Of a DNA stretch of 64,000 nt, positions 49,490 to 62,600 are shown one piece after another. The stretch is from Raja brachyura (taxonomy: Eukaryota): NCBI GenBank assembly GCA_963514005.1, contig OY740803.1, positions 36,890,001 to 36,954,000 on the forward strand, in the 5' to 3' direction. The stretch's first letter is position 1. Each line of letters starts with the position of its first letter. The notes beneath the pieces were generated by a model. That model searched no databases, had not been told where the DNA came from, and saw nothing but the letters and a program-made list of their open reading frames with translations. The position numbers were made by a program, and so were the translations under genes.

Positions 49490-50880
49490 TGGTATTACAG
49501 AGTCAAATAGGAAGTCCAGGTATGACCTCGATCAAGCCATCAGAAAAACAAGGAGACTCTTTTGGTCTAAACTGGACGATGAGACAGACGTTCGACAACT
49601 GTGGCATGGCTTGCACAACATTATTTCTTAGAAGGTGAAAGCAAGTATTCACTCAAGTAGCATTAATGCCCAATGCTCCCTATGCTGACTCCGAAAGAGA
49701 AAATATTAATGTGACTTCTCGGGGACCCCATTGCACCCTATGACACTGTAATCTCAGTCGCCAAGACCAATGTCAGAAGATCCCTCATGAGGATGAATCC
49801 TCGGAAGGCATCGGGCCCTGATGGTGTAGCTGGCCAGACCAACCGAGCCGTTCTTGATTAGTATGGGAGTCAGGGGTTATGGGGAGAAGGCAGGAGAATG
49901 GGGTTGAGAGGGAAAGATAGATCATCCATGATTAAATTTGTAGACTTGATGGGCCAAATGGCCTAATGCTGCTCCTATTGCTTGTGAACTTCTGAACCGG
50001 CTGGAGGTTTTGCGGACGTCTTCAACCACCATTATTAAACTCCAAGGTTCCCACCTGCTTTAAAAGGATATCAATAATAATGGCGCCCAAGAAGAGCAAG
50101 GTGACATGCATCAGTGACTACAGCCCAGAGGAGCCATCATGGTGGTGAAGTGCTTTGATAGGTTGGTTTTGGTGCAGATCAACCCCTACCTTGGTAAGAA
50201 CCTAGATCCACTACACTTCGCCTCTGGTACAGCAGATCAACAGCAGATGTGATCTCGCTGGCTCTCCACTCTGCACTGGTCTTCTTGGACAATAAGAGCA
50301 CGTACCTCAGGCTGTTCATCAAATACAGCTCAATGTTCAACCATCATCCCCTCAACACCTGTTATCGAGCTCAGGGAACTGGGTATTGATGGTAGCAGCA
50401 AAATGAGTGCATGGCAATGTAATTGCTTCATCAACTTCCTCATCGGCAAACCACAGTCGGTACGAATTGGCAGCAGCAGTTCCTCCTCGATAACCATCAA
50501 CTCACAATGTCAGGAGCAGCTCATGGCAGTGTGCTCACCATCTGCCATCCCCTGCTCTACCATCTCTATACCCGTAAGTCTGCAGCCAGACACAGCTCCA
50601 ATGCCTTCTTTAAGTTCTCCAATGATACCACCATTGTTGGACGAATAACAGATAATATTGAGTCAGAGTACAAGAGAAAATCTGATTGAATGGTGCCAGA
50701 ACAACAATCTTACTCTCAATGCCAGCAAGACCTAGTTGATTGTTGACTACAGGAGGGGAAATGCAGTGGAGAGAGTCAGCTTCATGTTCATGAGCGTGCA
50801 CATCTTGGAGAATCTGTCCTGGGCCCAGAACATCAACACAATCGCAAAGGAAACTCATTAACGCCTCTACTTCCTTCTAT
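49490..50880 (+). mobile_element. Degenerate Rex1/Babar LINE with a nested CR1 tail (~49850-49997)
   Basis: KSRYDLDQAIRK...VRQLWHGL, NFLIGKPQSVRIG and KFSNDTTIVGRI fragments. Confidence 0.75.
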
Positions 50881-53099
50881 GGCAGCTTAAAGATACAGAT
50901 AATAGATATAGTACAACACAAATGGTGCTGTGATAATATTGTCATTTTCTAGGTGAGCGCACTGCAGATCTGTGCTCTTGCTTAGTCGCATCTGCTTTCC
51001 ATTTCCGAGATGGTATTGGTGCAATTATGTGTATGCTCATTGTTATGCCCACCAGCAGAGCCCTGTGGCTCCCATTACACAATAGCCAATTTCTATACAA
51101 GGCACGAGTGGGCCTGGCTTCCTTTATATGGCATTCTATCAATTATATTCACTGATGTTGCAATGCTTTATCATGCAATTGATTTGAGTAAAGATGGCGG
51201 ATTTAGGCATTATCAGGTAGCAGCTGAGCAATGCAGGCCCACAAACTACATGTTCTGAAGAAGAGTCCCAACTTGAAACATCACCCTTTATGTTCTCCGG
51301 AGATACTGCTTGACTGGCTGAGTTACTCCAGCACGTGGGTCTTTTAAAAAAAATTAACTAGCATCTGCAGTTCCTTGTTTCCACACCTCACGTTCAACGC
51401 CTCATGTCAACGCACACCTCCAGATTCAGGGACAGTTTCTTTCCAGCTGTTATCAGGGTAACTGAATCATCCTACCACAACCAGAGAGCAGTGCTGATCT
51501 ACTGTCTACCTCCTTGGCGACCCTCGAATTATCCATGATCGGACTTTGCTGGCTTTACCTTGCACTAAGCATTATTCCCTTATCATGTGTCTATACACTG
51601 TAAATGGCTCGATTGTAATCATGTATTGTCTTTCTGCTGACTGAACAGCACGCAACAAAACCTTTTCACTATCTCGGTAAACTAAACGGAACTGAAACTG
51701 AACTAAACTGAACTGTTCTTATTCTGGTCTAAGTAGTTGGTCAGAATCATGGGGGTTTAAGAGGACCATGAATCAGGGCCATTCAGAAGCTTTGCAAAGA
51801 ACTGGATGCTTTAACATGTGACAAAGCTGGGGACGATCCTTTGCTGATTTTCCAAGTTTTTCTCAGCAATTCTAAAGCATGTGGTCATGGTATCATGCAC
51901 AGCCACACCAGTCAGGTCCTTTTCACAAGTCAACATGGTTGTCCATATGTGAACCCCAGATACATTCAGGGATATGGAGAATTCAGTTAGTGACAAATAC
52001 TGGCCCAGTCAAATCTTATACCTGAAAAAACAATTGGAAAGGAATGATATAGCCGAAAGGAAAAAAAAAGTCAGTCTCTTTGTTATTTGATTTTGCTACA
52101 TCTGGCATGTTCACCCAGTTATACAATAATGAGTCAACAGCCACATCACGCAAGGCACGTATGTAGAACGATTTGTGCTTTCCCTCTTGGCATTTTGGAT
52201 TTCCCTTCAGTAAAAACACATGTTTGAGAATCACGCATTCTTGCCATGCATTAATGAATAATACACCAAATTGCCAGCAGGAATAATTGTTTCCATTTAC
52301 AAACAATGTTTTCTTCTTTGTAGTAGCTCTGCAATTTGCATGCAGTACGTGTAATTCACTTTGAAAGATCACTTTAAATGCACGTTATTGCATGTTTTAG
52401 ATGTCTCATGTGCTTCTCTTCTATACTGAGTGGTTTAAACCTGCAAGCATTGAACTGGTGATGTGCTTTCTCTACCCTTGGAAGTGTAATGTGATGTTCA
52501 ATCTTTGAATTCTTCTGTATATTCTACAATTAACAATTTATTTTTGTACCTGGGTATATTATACTGTACTCTGAGGTGATAAAGGTTCTCTAAAAGCAGC
52601 TCACCAATATCTGTCATGTAGGGGCAATCAGTCGGCATCCAATTTATTTTAGGCCATTTGGTACATATGCAATACTGTATGTGTTGTTGCCCCATAGATC
52701 TAATTTCCTTCTGGAATAGGGTTACCCACTAATCCCTACACGCCTATCCCTTATTCCTTCACTCACCAAAGCGCACCACTATCCTAAATGATCAAATTAT
52801 TTCATTTGTATCTTGCAGCTTTGAACCCTTCTCCAATGAAAGAATTTATCCTTAAATTGATAATAAAATCTCTTCTTCAAGGGTTCGGACCATTTGCCAG
52901 ACCTGCACCACAATCAGATGGTCAATATGTGTAAGTTTGCCCTTCAAGCTGCTACTAATAAGATCATGCATGGTCGAGACTTGTAACCCCCAACTAACCA
53001 AACTGTGGGAGTCCTCTCAGCAGGTATCACTTTGCCCATGTAATCTCCTTAGGAGGTTTCATTCCTACTGCAGGGTGATGTAGTAATATTTGTGTGACT

Positions 53100-53650
53100 A
53101 GGGTTGTGCAGCATAGTTCAAGAGCCTGTTGGTTGTTGAGAAGAACTAGCTATTGAACATGAAGGTCACGGATCTCAAATGCCGTACCTTCATCTTGACG
53201 GTAGCAGCTGGATAAGAGTGGGCCGGTGATGTGGTTCTTTGATGATATGAGCTGCTTTTTTGAGCCCGTGCCTCTTGCAGATCTCTTGAGTGGCGGGGAG
53301 ATCAGTAGCCATGATGTACCGTGCAATGTCTACCACTTTCTGCAGCCTCCTTTGTTCCTGGGTGTTCAATGTTCACATGCAACCAGTCAGTATGCTCTCT
53401 AAGGACATCTGTAGAAGTTCGATAGCATATTCATTGACATACCAAACCTCCTCAAGTAGAGGTGTTAAAGAGTTTTTTTCATGATTGCATCAATGTGCTG
53501 GGCCCAGGACAGATCATCAGAGATATGCACGCCCGGGTACTTGAAGCAGTTGGCTCTTTCCATCGACGTCCCGTCAGGAAGGACAGATTCATGAATCCCC
53601 AAATTTCCCTTGCTGAAGGCAACAATCAGTTCCTTGGTCTTTGGCAATAA
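53100..53650 (-). mobile_element. Degenerate Rex1-like RT 3' fragment
   Basis: KTKELIV...FKYPGVHISDDLSWAQHID. Confidence 0.65.
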
Positions 53651-54282
53651 TATAAGTCAAAATAAATTCAAAGACCTCCAGGAGTAATGGGCACAGATTT
53701 AAAGAGAGTGTCAATGCTTGAAGGGACAAAAACCTTTTAGCTTGTTAGGGTATCAGGATAGAAAAGCAGATATTCCATAATTTGTAGAAAGGAACTGCAG
53801 ATGCCAGTTTATACCAAAGATAGAAATAAAGTGTTGGAGTAACTCAGCGGGTTGGGCAGCATCTCTGGAGAAAAAATGGATGAGGGAGGTTCAGGGTGCT
53901 GTTAGTTTGCTATGGGGGTGATATAAACTGGAACAAAAGTAATGTCAAATAATGTGAATACACATTTAGCACACAGTAGATGAAATCTCTCAACTCTGGC
54001 GCAAGTAGACCAGGATTAGTTGCATTACTACAGTTTGCCATCCTCTTTATATTCGAATCTCAAACAGGACTTTACCAGCTTGTACCAATTCAACATTATT
54101 GCTTTTTATCCTGAGTTAAAGCTATGCATTTTCTTCATTCGGATGCAAAAACAATGTTTACAACCTATATTTTTGTGCACAAACTGGAATTAGCAACCAT
54201 TACAGAATAGGTAGAGACCTGCATGCACATTATTTTTGGTGGACCCCATAAACTTTGAGAGCAACTGAACTAAATCTATTTT

Positions 54283-54485
54283 AACGGGTCAGGCAGCATC
54301 TCTGGAGAGAAAGAATGGGCGACGTTTCAGGTCGAGATCCTGCTTCAGACTCCTTCTGATGAAGGGTCTTAACCCGAAACATCACCCATTCCTTCGCTCC
54401 AGAGATGCTGCCTGACCCGCTGAGTTACTCCAGCATTTTGTGTCTATCTTGGGTGTAAGCCAGCATCTGCAGTTCCTCCCTACAT
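54283..54485. repeat. Penelope-derived palindromic element with a CTGATGA...GAAA core (54356-54383)
   Basis: Inverted arms; core ctgatgaagggtcttaacccgaaacatc. Confidence 0.75.
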
Positions 54486-54519
54486 TAATCCATTTTAACT
54501 TGGCAGTAAGAGTACAAAC

Positions 54520-55719
54520 TATGGCCTGGTGCCAGAGTAGGTACATCAACTGCTTGGAACATCATTAAGAAGAAAGAGAGCACTGGTGAGCTTGCTAATC
54601 GCAAAGGGACTGGAAGGTCAAGGAAGACCTCCACAGCTGATGACAGAAGAATTCTCTCTATAATAAAGAAAAATCCACAAACACCTGTCCGACAGATCAG
54701 AAACACTTCAGGAGTCAGGTGTGAATTTGTCAATGACCACTGTCCGCAGAAGACTTCATGAACAGAAATACAGAGGCTACACTGCAAGATGCAAACCACT
54801 GGTTAGCCGCAAACATAGGATGGCCAGGTTAGTTTGCCAAGTACTTAAAAGAGTTCTGGAAAAAGGTCTTGTGGACAGATGAGATGAAGATTAACATATC
54901 AAAGTGATGGCAAGAGCAAAGTATGGAGGAGAGAAGGAAGTGCCCAAGATCTGAAGCATACCATCTCATCTGTGAAACATGGTGGTGGGGTTATTATGGC
55001 CTGGGCATGTATGGCTGCTGAAGGTACTGGCTCACTTATCTTCATTGATGATACAACTGCTGATGGTAGTAGCATAATGAATTCTGAAGTGTATAGACAC
55101 ATCTTATCTGCTCAAGTTCAAACAAATGCCTCAAAACGCATTGGCCGGCAGTTCATTCTACAGCAAGACAATGATCCCAAACATACTGCTGAAGCAACAA
55201 AGGGGTTTTTCAAAGCTAAAAAATTGTAAATTCTAGAGTGGTCAAGTCAATCACCTGATCTGAACTCAATTGGGCATGCCTTTTGTATGCTGAAGAGAAA
55301 TCTGAAGGGGACTAGCCCCCAAAACAAGCATAAGTTAAAGATGGCTGCAATACAGGCGTGGCAGAGAAGACACCCAGCAACTGGTGATGTCCATGAATCA
55401 CAGACTTCAAGCAGTCATTGTATGCAAAGGATATGCAACGAAATACTAAACATGACTATTTGCATTTATATAACATTGCTGTGTCCCAAACATTAGGATG
55501 CCCTGAAATGGGGGAGGTGGGGGGGGGGGGACCACATGTAAACACTGCTTTATTTTCTACATGGTGAAACCAAAATGTGTAAAAATAGCTTTTATTAAAA
55601 TCTGACAATGTACACTTTAATGGCATGTGATTTTTTTCTACTACAAATCTCAAATTGTGTAGTACAGAGGCAAATAAATAAATGATGGGTCTTTGTCCCA
55701 AACATTATGGAGGGCACTG
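54520..55719 (+). mobile_element. Tc1 DNA transposon remnant (left end missing, frameshifted transposase)
   Basis: VKHGGG.IMAWACM, QQDNDPKHT and SQSPDLNSI motifs. The right TIR ends ...ggagggcactg (CAGTG terminus). Confidence 0.88.
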
Positions 55720-56297
55720 CATAATGAAAATTTAACGCCATTGCTGCGTGGACGTTGGGTCAAGGCTGATCAGGATTCCTGCCGAAAAGGATCCAATACA
55801 CGAGCAAGTTTAGTTCAAAATGGGCGCATTCTTTCATCAGCCTTTTCCCTTGCTAATGATCACTGACAAAAGCTCTTCCTTGCACACATTGCAGCAATTT
55901 CAACAATTAGGTTTTCTTTTGGTTTTGCTAAATAATCATGCTTCTGTTCACTGCTTTCCTCAGGAAGTAAGATTAATTAACTCACCCAATGTAAAAACCC
56001 AAGGCAAACTTTAAAATAAAAAGTTATATATTGGTTCAGCATTTTAATATGACTGCCTTTTGCAGTTGTACAATTTTGTTTCCATGCATTTGTTTGTGCA
56101 AGCGGTAGATCAAAGACATTAATAAGGTGCCTGTTTAACAGTGAAGTTATTAGACTTTGAGTTTGGAAACTGTGTGTACACGCGCGTTAACCCTCATTTT
56201 AATATGTGAGAAAAACATACACCGACTCTTTTTAGGTAGACAAAAAGCTGGAGAAAGTCAGCGGGTGAGGCAGCATCTATGAAGCGAAGGAATAGGC

Positions 56298-56325
56298 GAC
56301 GTTTCGGGTCGAGACCCTTCTTCAG
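56298..56325 (-). ncRNA. Minimal hammerhead-ribozyme-like core in a Penelope-derived arm
   Basis: CUGAAGA-A-GGGUC-UC-GACCC-GAAAC-GUC on the minus strand. Helix I is only ~2 bp. Confidence 0.5.
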
Positions 56326-56440
56326 ACTCTTTTTAGTTTGGTTTAGAGATATAGCAGGGAAACAGGCCCTTCAGCCCGCACCGACCAGTGATCCCCGTAC
56401 ATTAACACTAGGGAAAATTTTAGATTTATACCAAGACATT

Positions 56441-57603
56441 TAGTGTACAAACTTAAAGCATACGGCATTGGGGGTTCAGTATTGATGTGGATAGAGAACT
56501 GGCTGGCAGACAGGAAGCAAAGAGTAGGAGTAAACGGGTCCTTTTCACAATGGCAGGCAGTGACTAGTGGGGTACCGCATGGCTCAGTGCTGGATGATGC
56601 AGTTTTGGAGGATGCAGGAAGCTATTTACAATATATATTAATGATCTGGACGAGGGAATTGAAGGCAATATCTCCAAGTTTGCGGATGACACTAAGCTGG
56701 GGGGCAGTGTTAGCTGTGAGGAGGATGCTAGGAGACTGCAAGGTGACTTGGATAGGCTGGGTGAGTGTGCAAATGTTTGGCAGATGCAGTATAATGTGGA
56801 TAAATGTGAGGTTATCCACTGTGTGCAAAAACAGGAAAGCAGACTACCATCTAAATGGTGGCCGATTAGGAAAAGGGGAGATGCAGCGAGACCTGGGTGT
56901 CATGGTACACCAGTCATTGAAAGTAGGCATGCAGGTGCAGCAGGCAGTGAAGAAAGCAAATGGTATGTTAGCTTTCATAGCAAAAGGATTTGAGTATAGG
57001 AGCAGGGAGGTTCTACTTCAGTTGTACAGGGTCTTGGTGAGACCACACCTGGAGTATTGCGTATAGTTTTGGTCTCCAAATCTGAGGAAGGACATTATTG
57101 CCATAGAGGGAGTGCAGAGAAGGTTCACCAGACTGATTCCTGGGATGTCAGGACTGTCTTATGAAGAAAGACTGGATAGACTCGATTTATACTCTCTAGA
57201 ATTTAGGAGATTGAGATGGGGATCTTATAGAAACTTACAAAATTCTTAAGGGGTTGGACAGGCTAGATGCAGGAAGATTGTTCCCGATGTTGGGAAAGTC
57301 CAGGACAAGGGGTCACAGCTTAACGGGGAAATCCTTTAAGACTGAGATGAGAAAGACTTTTTTCACACAGAGAGTGGTGAGTCTCTGGAACTCTCTGCCA
57401 CAGAGGGCAGTTGAGGCCAGTTCATTGGCTGTATTTAAGAGGGAGTTAGATGTGGCCCTTGTGGCTAAGGGGATCAGAGGGTATGGAGAGAAGGCAGGTA
57501 TAGGATGCTGAGTTGGATGATCAGCCATGATCATATTGAATGGCGGTGCAGGCTCGCATGGCCGAATGGCCTACTCCTGCACCTAATTTCTATGTTTCTA
57601 TGT
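56441..57603 (+). mobile_element. CR1 RT and 3' fragment nested in a minus-strand HE1-like SINE (56333-56440 and 57604-57780)
   Basis: WIENWLADRKQRV...VTSGVP, KFADDTKL, RPHLEYC and the CR1 tail. SINE halves flank it. Confidence 0.85.
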
Positions 57604-58229
57604 TTAATCAACAAATCTGCACTTCTTTGGAGTGTGTGAGGAAACCAGATCTCGGATAAAACCCACGCAGGTCACGGGGAGAATGGACAAACTCTGTACC
57701 AACAAGCGCCTGTAGTCAGGATTGAACCCGGGTCTCTGGTGCTGCAAGGCAGTTACTCTACCTATATGCCACCGTGCCTCCCACTATGGACTCTAACCAT
57801 TGCTTCCAGTGAGTTCTACTACTGACAATTGGTGACGATCAGAGGGTCAGCTTGATTGCACCTGTTAAATTTAAGGTCTTCACATCACAAAGTGACGTAA
57901 ACCATCATTCTGTTTGCATACGCTTTTCCTATTTTCGTTGTCCGATGTTACTCCCTCAGCTCCAACTACCAGAAGCATTATGTTCTGTGAGGGATTTGCT
58001 TTTGTGACATTTCAAAGCATATATTGCTTGTCATTATTTGCCAATGTAAAAACATTTACTACATAATTCTAAATAATTCAGTCACTACCAAAGCTTTAAG
58101 GTAACCTGTGGACATAAGAACATGAAAAATCAAAGCAGCTGTGGTAAACTCTACCAGTTTATAACTCCACTATTCGATAAGATTGTGGCTAATCTCATCA
58201 TGGCCTTGACATCATTTTAAGCATAGATT

Positions 58230-58810
58230 AAGTGGTAAGGAATGTATATGGTGTGCTTGCTATCATAGTTCGGGGGATTGAGTATAAGAGTCAGGAATTA
58301 TGCAGCTCTATAGGGACTTTGGTTAGGATGCATTTGGAGTATTGTATGCAGGTCTAGCCTCCCCCTCTCCATTATAGGAAGGACATGGAAGCTTTGGAAA
58401 GGGTGCAGAGGAGGTTTCTCAGGATTATGCCTGGATGACAGGGTATTAGCTACAGGGAGAGGTTGGACAGACTTGGATTGTTTTCTCTGGCATGTTGGAG
58501 ATTGCTGGGAGACCTGATATAAGTATATAAATAATATAAGAGGTATAGATAGAGTGCTCAGTCAGAACCACTATAGGAACCAGTGCAAGGCTGACTTTGA
58601 TGGCTTCCTGATTCATGTAGTCAGACACAGTTCCATCCTGCACACTGGGGACAATTTACAGAGGCCAGTTAACCTATAAACATTCACGTCTTTGAAATGT
58701 GGGAAGAAACCAGAGCACCTGGAGAAAACCCAAGCAGTCACAGGGAGAACATACAATCTCTGTATAGAAACACCCCCTAGTTCAGGATTGAACCCGGTTC
58801 TCTGGCGCTG
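58230..58810. mobile_element. Degenerate CR1 fragment (+, ~58230-58560) and partial HE1-like SINE (-, ~58640-58810)
   Basis: LERVQRRF-like remnant and a reverse-complement V-domain and B-box. Confidence 0.6.
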
Positions 58811-60068
58811 TAAGTTAATTCAGCACCATGGACGTCTATAGGGTTGGAGTGGATGTAAGTTACTAATCTATCCCCGAGACAGAGGCAAAGAAATGCAGAA
58901 CATGAAGAGAGATGGACCGTGCAAAACTGAGAGCAGGATAGAAATGATCTGTTATGTAACGAAACCAAGTTTCTGTCCGACGACATGAAACAGGAATCTA
59001 CTTGTAGCAGCTTTGAATACACCTCATGCATGACTCAGCATCCACTTCACTCTGAGATAGGGAATTGCATTGTATGTTGATCTAAAACCAATAATATTAA
59101 CATCACTTTTACTACAGACGCAACAATGGAGAATCAAATGCACATTCACTGTGCAATAAGTAAAACGGAAGTAACTTATTTTGTGTCCTTCACAATTTCA
59201 TTGCAGAACTGCTTTGATGCATGCTTCCAGTTGTCCAATATGTTTTAGCTGTTTATATTCCATCACAGATGACTGCAAATAAAGTTTAGGGATATAGGCT
59301 TTTGCAAATGTTTAGATGGAAATGTTTAACTTTGCATGCTTACAAGTGTATTTTATTTTAAAAGTAAATGACTTTGAATGACACAGAACTAAAGACAATA
59401 TCACAGTCACTGATCCCTGTCAGGCTTTTCACATGAAACTTAACTTTACACCATCATCAGACTAAAATAGAACATTTTACAAAAACAAACCAAAAGCAGA
59501 AATTTAGTGTACGAAACACAATTAGAAACACTTTGAAGACTTAAACACTTCACGTGACAATCATACATCTTAAGATCCACTGTTCCAGAGCTGTCGATTA
59601 TATGCATGCACTTTAATTTACCACAGTACAAGAGACAATTTTTTTTCTCTGCAGAGTATTTATGAAATGTAATTAACTTTAAATCAGAAGTAAAATGCCA
59701 TCATGTAGCCTGTTTAATTTTGATTTACGTAAGACTGTACCTACTTCTAGTCATAACTTTTGCCACTCAGTGTGAAACCAGACCATGACCTGTAGTGACA
59801 CTGAAAAGGGAATAAAGCAGAGTTGGATGCGGAAGAGTTGGAGAAAACTTAAATGTAACTTGAACAAAATTACCTGGAAATTTGATTGCAGTGCTATTTA
59901 TAACACAACGTGATCCAAAATCAAAGTCACATGAAATAAATCAAGCTAGTAGTCATCACTTGGTGAAATTGTGCCAATGATGGAAGTGCACTGGACAGTT
60001 CCAGCTGCAATCCTCACTAATGCGTCTGAAATATTCTTAGCATGAGATGTACATCTAATGATGTTCAT

Positions 60069-60625
60069 CGAAGGTAGAAACAAAATGCTGCAGTAACTCA
60101 GCGGGTCAGGCAGCATCCCTGGAGTAATGGAATATGTCCTGCTGACCCGCTGAGTTACTCCAACATTTCGTGTCTGTCTTCAGTATAAACCAGCATCTGC
60201 AGTTCCTTCCAACACAAAATGATGTAAATTGTTGTGCAACCTTTTCCAAAATAGATGGGAGATCACACCCAAAAAAGGTGCAATCATATTTCAAGGCATT
60301 CAAAGGTGATAGAAACAGAGTCCATCAAAGTTTTAAAGGGGGGGGGGGGAGAATTAATCGGGATGGAAAAACGTGTAGTCCAGGGAAAGAGCATGGGAAT
60401 GGGATTGACTGGACTTTGTGGCACAAACTAGAACAAGTCCATGCTCCAACTTTAAAAATATTGGCATGAACAGGATGAACTGAATGGTCTCAGTCTGAAG
60501 AAGGGTCTCGACCCGAAACATCACCCATTCCTTCTCTCCAGAGATGCTGCCAGTCCCACTGAGTTACTCCAGCATGTTGTCTTTATCTTCGGTTTAAACC
60601 AGCATCTGCAGTTTCTTCCTACACA
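60069..60625. repeat. Penelope-derived elements (60069-60215 and 60490-60625; hammerhead-like core 60495-60522)
   Basis: cagtctgaagaagggtctcgacccgaaacatcaccc plus family arms. Confidence 0.7.
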
Positions 60626-61573
60626 TTTGAATTGAATGGTCTTCTTTTTGCTTCATTGGGTTTTGAAATATACAGTGGTCATGTAAAGTGTTTCATTGTT
60701 TCCAATCAAGTCTTGTTTACTAAATTTCAGCTCTTGGCTCATGGTTTTCATTGGAGAAAAATGTCCTTGTGCTTTAATAGACATGTGGAGCTTTAGTTCT
60801 TAGAAAAGTAAATTGCACAATTAACAAAGTTAATAAAATTAATAAAATGTAACTATCTCCAAACAGACAAACATCCTGATGATTGAAAGTAGACTGGGTA
60901 GGAAGAGGCCAGATTTTAATTGTTCTGCTTGGTGGGAGCAGGGCGACTCCAGTCAGTTTATCACATTGTTAGGTGGACTGTAACAACTGTACTGAAACAG
61001 CTTGACCAGACATGCGGCTGGTTCTGGAGCAAGGGTCTTCAGTACTAAAGCATGAAGGTTCTCTGTTCCTATAGCCTTTGCCATGTCCACTGCTTTGACA
61101 TCTGGTAGAGAAATTGCATTGGCTGAAGCCTTTTCTTTTTTGACAGTGGAAACCTCAAGATAAATGAACCAATGCCACCATCCTCTGGTAAATTAATAAG
61201 CATTAAGTTGGCTCTGATGGAAAAACCATATACTTTGCATGCCCAGAACCAACCACTCCATTCTGAGCTCCATCACGGTACGATGTTACATGAAATATCC
61301 CAAGGAAGACTTCAAAGCCCTTTTGAAAATACGTAACATCTACACCAACTTATGGGAATTCCCGGCCACCACCTCTGAAAATGCAGAAAGAGCATTTGTG
61401 GATCTTAAGTTGCAAAGCGGCATTCGCTTGGTGTTGTAGCATAAAGTAGTTCTAAAATATAACGTGAATGATCGTATAAAACAGTTATTTGCAACCTCTG
61501 AAATGTAAGCTCATCTTAAAGAATGAGTGCAATAAGTTGATGGAGTAAAGAGAGACAATGTATATTGCAATAC

Positions 61574-61579
61574 TTTATT
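61574..61579 (-). terminator. Candidate AATAAA polyadenylation signal of the minus-strand gene
   Basis: tttatt on + within repeat-poor, AT-rich, UTR-like sequence ~570 nt downstream of the candidate stop. A second candidate lies at 59352-59357. Confidence 0.3.
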
Positions 61580-62148
61580 ATGGCTATCACTACATTATTT
61601 GGTGAACATTACAGTTTTGTGCAACTTCATTCAACATGTTAAAATTTTTCGACCACCATTCCGGGCAGCTTGCTTGGCTGTGAGACAACATCGCCCGAGT
61701 AGACTAATTGCTATATTTATATGTGTTTAAGATATATACATAATAAAATACATGCTGGACGACATTTTCAAAAGTAAATGCTGTGTTATAAAACTTTTTT
61801 ATAATAATAACTTTAAATACCCATACTAAGAGAGAGAGAGAGAGAGAATGTTTCTTTACAGTTTGGCATTGCTAATCTTGATTAGTTCAGTCGTGCTCTT
61901 CCTTGCAACATACCCATTCTGACTCCTCTACAGTAACTAAAGCTGGTGACAGACGCAAGGTTAAAATGTTGGAATTTTGTTTTGCTCTTTTTTTTTAAAC
62001 AAAATTTAAAATGCAGAATATTAGAATGATTCCAATTCATGCGTACCAATTTCAGGCTCTTCATTCTTCAAATCGTGCTGTTTATAATCTCTATCTTCAC
62101 TCACGATACTAATTCTGTTTTTTTCAGGCTGACAATTTCTTCGTGTTT

Positions 62149-62178
62149 TCACTCTGGCTTCCCCCGGCATGAATAAAT
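62149..62178 (-). CDS. Candidate terminal coding exon of a convergent gene, probably WIPI1 (IYSCRGKPE*)
   Basis: Minus-strand acceptor tgttttggttttggtAG at 62180-62179. The phase-0 peptide resembles the mammalian WIPI1 C-terminus (IILCRG...), and WIPI1 lies tail-to-tail with ARSG in human. An alternative phase-1 frame stays open to 62021. Confidence 0.4.
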   Translation of the reverse strand: MYSCRGKPE

Positions 62179-62319
62179 CTACCAAAACCAAAACATATCC
62201 TTAATTTCTATCATAGGAGTATAGGAGAGTGTGTTATGAACAAGCTGTTGCACATGCACAGTGGGAAGCTGCAGCAAGAACTGGGCTTTGGCTCTTATTA
62301 ATTATTGGTGGTCACTATT

Positions 62320-62600
62320 AGTTTAGTGTATTTAGAAATAGAGGGTGGAAACAGACCCTTCGGCCCACCGAGTCCGCGCTGACCAACAATCACCCGTACA
62401 CTAGTTCTATCCTGCACACGAGGGGAAATTTACAGAAGCCGATTAACCTACAAACCCACACATCTTTGGAATGCGAGGGGAAATCAGAGCATCCGGAGGA
62501 AAGCCACGCAGTCACAGGGAGAACGTACAAACTCCGTACAGACAGCACCCACAGTCAGGATCGAATCCGGGTCTCTGGTGTTGCACGGCCACTGTGTCAC
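62320..62600 (-). mobile_element. HE1-like SINE
   Basis: Reverse-complement V-domain and B-box (caggatcgaatccggg). Confidence 0.75.

Noticed and set aside
56443-57066. 207-aa ORF as a host gene
   Set aside because: It is a frameshifted CR1 reverse-transcriptase fragment.
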